A DNA stretch of 64,000 bases. Source: Pavona decussata. Lineage: Eukaryota. This document shows positions 61,779 through 64,000 of the stretch, one piece after another; positions within the stretch are counted from its first letter, which is position 1; every line of letters begins with the position of its first letter. Location: the NCBI GenBank assembly GCA_977016875.1, contig CDRNST010000026.1:1178001-1242000 (forward strand), read 5' to 3'. The position numbers and the translations under genes were made by a program. The notes beneath the pieces are model-generated. The model was not told where the DNA came from. It saw only the letters and a list, made by a program, of their open reading frames with translations, and did no database searches.

Positions 61779-63530
61779 TCAATTATACCCCCTGCAGCCA
61801 CTGCTCTTTCTCACTGAACAGGGGACCCAACACTTCCATTTATAAGGAAACTGCAATCCGAGTGTTCCAAAAGTCCATGGATATCTGTGAGCCAGTAATT
61901 GTTTCGCTGAGTTAGGAATCGAGACATCGACACCATGGAAGTTGATCCGACCACAAGGCACCACCCAAGCCTGAGGAAAAGACTGAAGTGTGTGGTGATA
62001 TCTAGTCACAATATTGTCCTTTTCTAATACGTAGGATGGATAAGCTTTATGTAGCACTACCTCCGTTCTTCCGCTATTTGCTATTTTTTCAGCTCTCCAA
62101 GGCACGAAGTCGACAGTCACGTTCTTAAATCTCGCCTTTATGCCAGCTGCTTTGATACCAAACTTGGCTAATTCACGGAAGGCCGCTGAAGTATCTGAGT
62201 CTAATAGAAACGAGATATCCGCGTCGTGATCATGAGGAAGAATATCCCCCATGCGATAGGCACCCAGCAGTGTCCCTGAAAAACAAAATTGTAGAAAAAG
62301 TTGGCAAATAATAAGATGAGAATGATGTATTATTCAGTAAGTGACACAGACATACTCGGCAAAATAATCCGAGTGCCCCTATCAGGAGTCGAACCTAAGA
62401 CCTTACGAATACTAGTTCGGATGCTCTACCACTGAGCTACAGGAGACTCGTGGGAGCTAAGGCCGAATGTCACGTTTGGCGTATGCGCAATGGAAATAAT
62501 GTGATGGAATATTTTTCATTAGCTCCTGATAGGAGCAGTCGGATGTTTTTTTTTTTCGAGTATGCCTGTGTCACGTACTGAATAATACATCATTCTCATT
62601 TATTCACCCGGCTATCCCATCGCATTTGTTCCAAACAATAAGATGTGTAACAAGATGGCCCATTTTACAATTGTGTGCTCTTTAAGCCGAAGGTAAGATT
62701 CCAATCCGACACGTCATACATGCCTTTCATGACGTGTCCTGTAAGGCAAATAAAAATTGTTAAAAAAAAAAAGAAAAACAAACAAACAAAAATTCCACTC
62801 CGTAAATAGCCACACTGGGCTTAAGACTGCGAAGACCTGGACAGCAGTCTGCGCCGATCAATACGGCCTATAACATCCCCCGGGGCACATCCCGGGGATT
62901 TGTACTGTGCACAGTGCCCAGGTTGAGTGAAGTCTGGTAGGAGTAACTGGATTTGAACCGGATTTATCTTATGGTATAGCGGAATTCCCAGGAATTCCCC
63001 TTTCAGGTGAGCAAATGGTTTCAAAAGAGTTTTTGAAGGTCTCTAAGAGTCTGTGTAATGTTCATGGTAATGCAAGTAAAATTCACACTTTAATCAGACA
63101 AGGTTTAACCACCATTCAGCGCAAGACGATTTGGGAAAGCTAAACTGACATTTTAACGGAATTTTAGTTAAATTTCTCTCATTCAGTATTCCCTGTCGGG
63201 TGAAAGTGCTCTTTGAAGTAATCTTTAAGCAGACTAAATTTTGGATAAAAACAATTTTGTGTAATTCAACCAGCAGACATCCAACGCGTGACTTGACTTA
63301 CCGTAATCCAGCCAGTATTTTACGCCAAACTTGTCAAATGTTCGCGAAATCGTCTGCACCATGGTCCTCAAAATTCGACGTTTCTTGTCAGGTAAGAAGC
63401 ATTCGTCGTTGTACCCACCACTGAAATTTGGCAGAGCGACCAGGTGAAGGAACATAAGAACTGCCAGGCAAATGGCCATAACGATTGCGAAGGTTTTGCA
63501 CTTTCGTTTCGTGCGTCTTGTGAGTGGCAT
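61779..63530 (-). CDS. LicD/fukutin-related nucleotidyltransferase-fold protein, type II membrane, ~241 aa, 2 coding exons
   Basis: Exons 63530-63302 and 62275-61779 join as KYWLDYG|TLLGAYRMGDILPHDHDADISF, the LicD signature G(T/S)LLG...IPxDxDxD. The N-terminus has a basic tail (RRTKRKCK) and a hydrophobic TM segment. Confidence 0.9.
62310..62604 (-). mobile_element. tRNA-derived SINE-like element with an inverted duplicate, in the LicD intron
   Basis: Minus strand reads tagctcagtggtagagcatccgaactag...ttaggttcgactcctgatagg. 62310-62390 and 62522-62604 are inverted copies. Confidence 0.6.
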
Positions 63531-64000
63531 ACTTGTCGGAGAGTTCCTAAAAATGGAAAATGTTCTTAAATGGAAAGCACCCCTAGTTACGGGATCTCCA
63601 TGTTCACTCCATGTTCACGATCGTCAACAAGAGATTTAATAGTAGCCAGGCTTTTGGAAGGGAGTCAAATGGATTGCACACCCCCTGCGGCCTTACTGCC
63701 TTTTTACAGGTAAATTAATTCTTCAATACACATTACAATGTCGTATTTTGTAACTTTTTTTGCGAAAAGTCGTCTTGGAAGGACAAGGAATCAGTGAAGT
63801 TACAATTTTACTTTTATTTTTTTGATAAGAAGATAGAGTAAGGCTAGTTGACACGACTTTTATAAAGTGAAAAATTTAGTACATTTAATACAATAAAACT
63901 AATTTAAAGAAAATACTGTAAAGTTCCAAATTTAAACCCTCCAAGCGGGACGCAAGGGACACGTTATGTAAAGAACACACAACGGCTAAACAACAAAATC

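Overview
AT-rich, intron-containing animal genomic DNA. The repeat families look like those of stony corals or other anthozoans (inference, not verified). There are two assembly gaps (51522-51709, 60726-60867). Manual splicing gives three genes. (1) A phase-consistent 34-exon + strand model at 3283-43233 encoding about 3151 aa. Its order is MLCK/DAPK-type kinase, CaM-binding helix, Ig, Ig, a second kinase with DFS in place of DFG, about 2000 aa of coiled coil with a 38-aa periodic core, and a C-terminal death domain. I do not recognise this architecture; the join between kinases and coiled coil depends on two small predicted exons. (2) A 4-exon GLUT8/SLC2A8-like sugar porter (46604-55442, +) with a 4x N-terminal decapeptide and a triplicated C-terminal PETKG segment. 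(3) A 2-exon LicD/fukutin-family type II membrane nucleotidyltransferase (61779-63530, -). Introns and intergenic DNA hold a uromodulin-type D8C relic, Penelope-like remnants with hammerhead-ribozyme motifs (one intact-looking), a Penelope RT fragment between ~250-bp inverted repeats, a LINE tail, tRNA-derived SINEs, MITEs and microsatellites.
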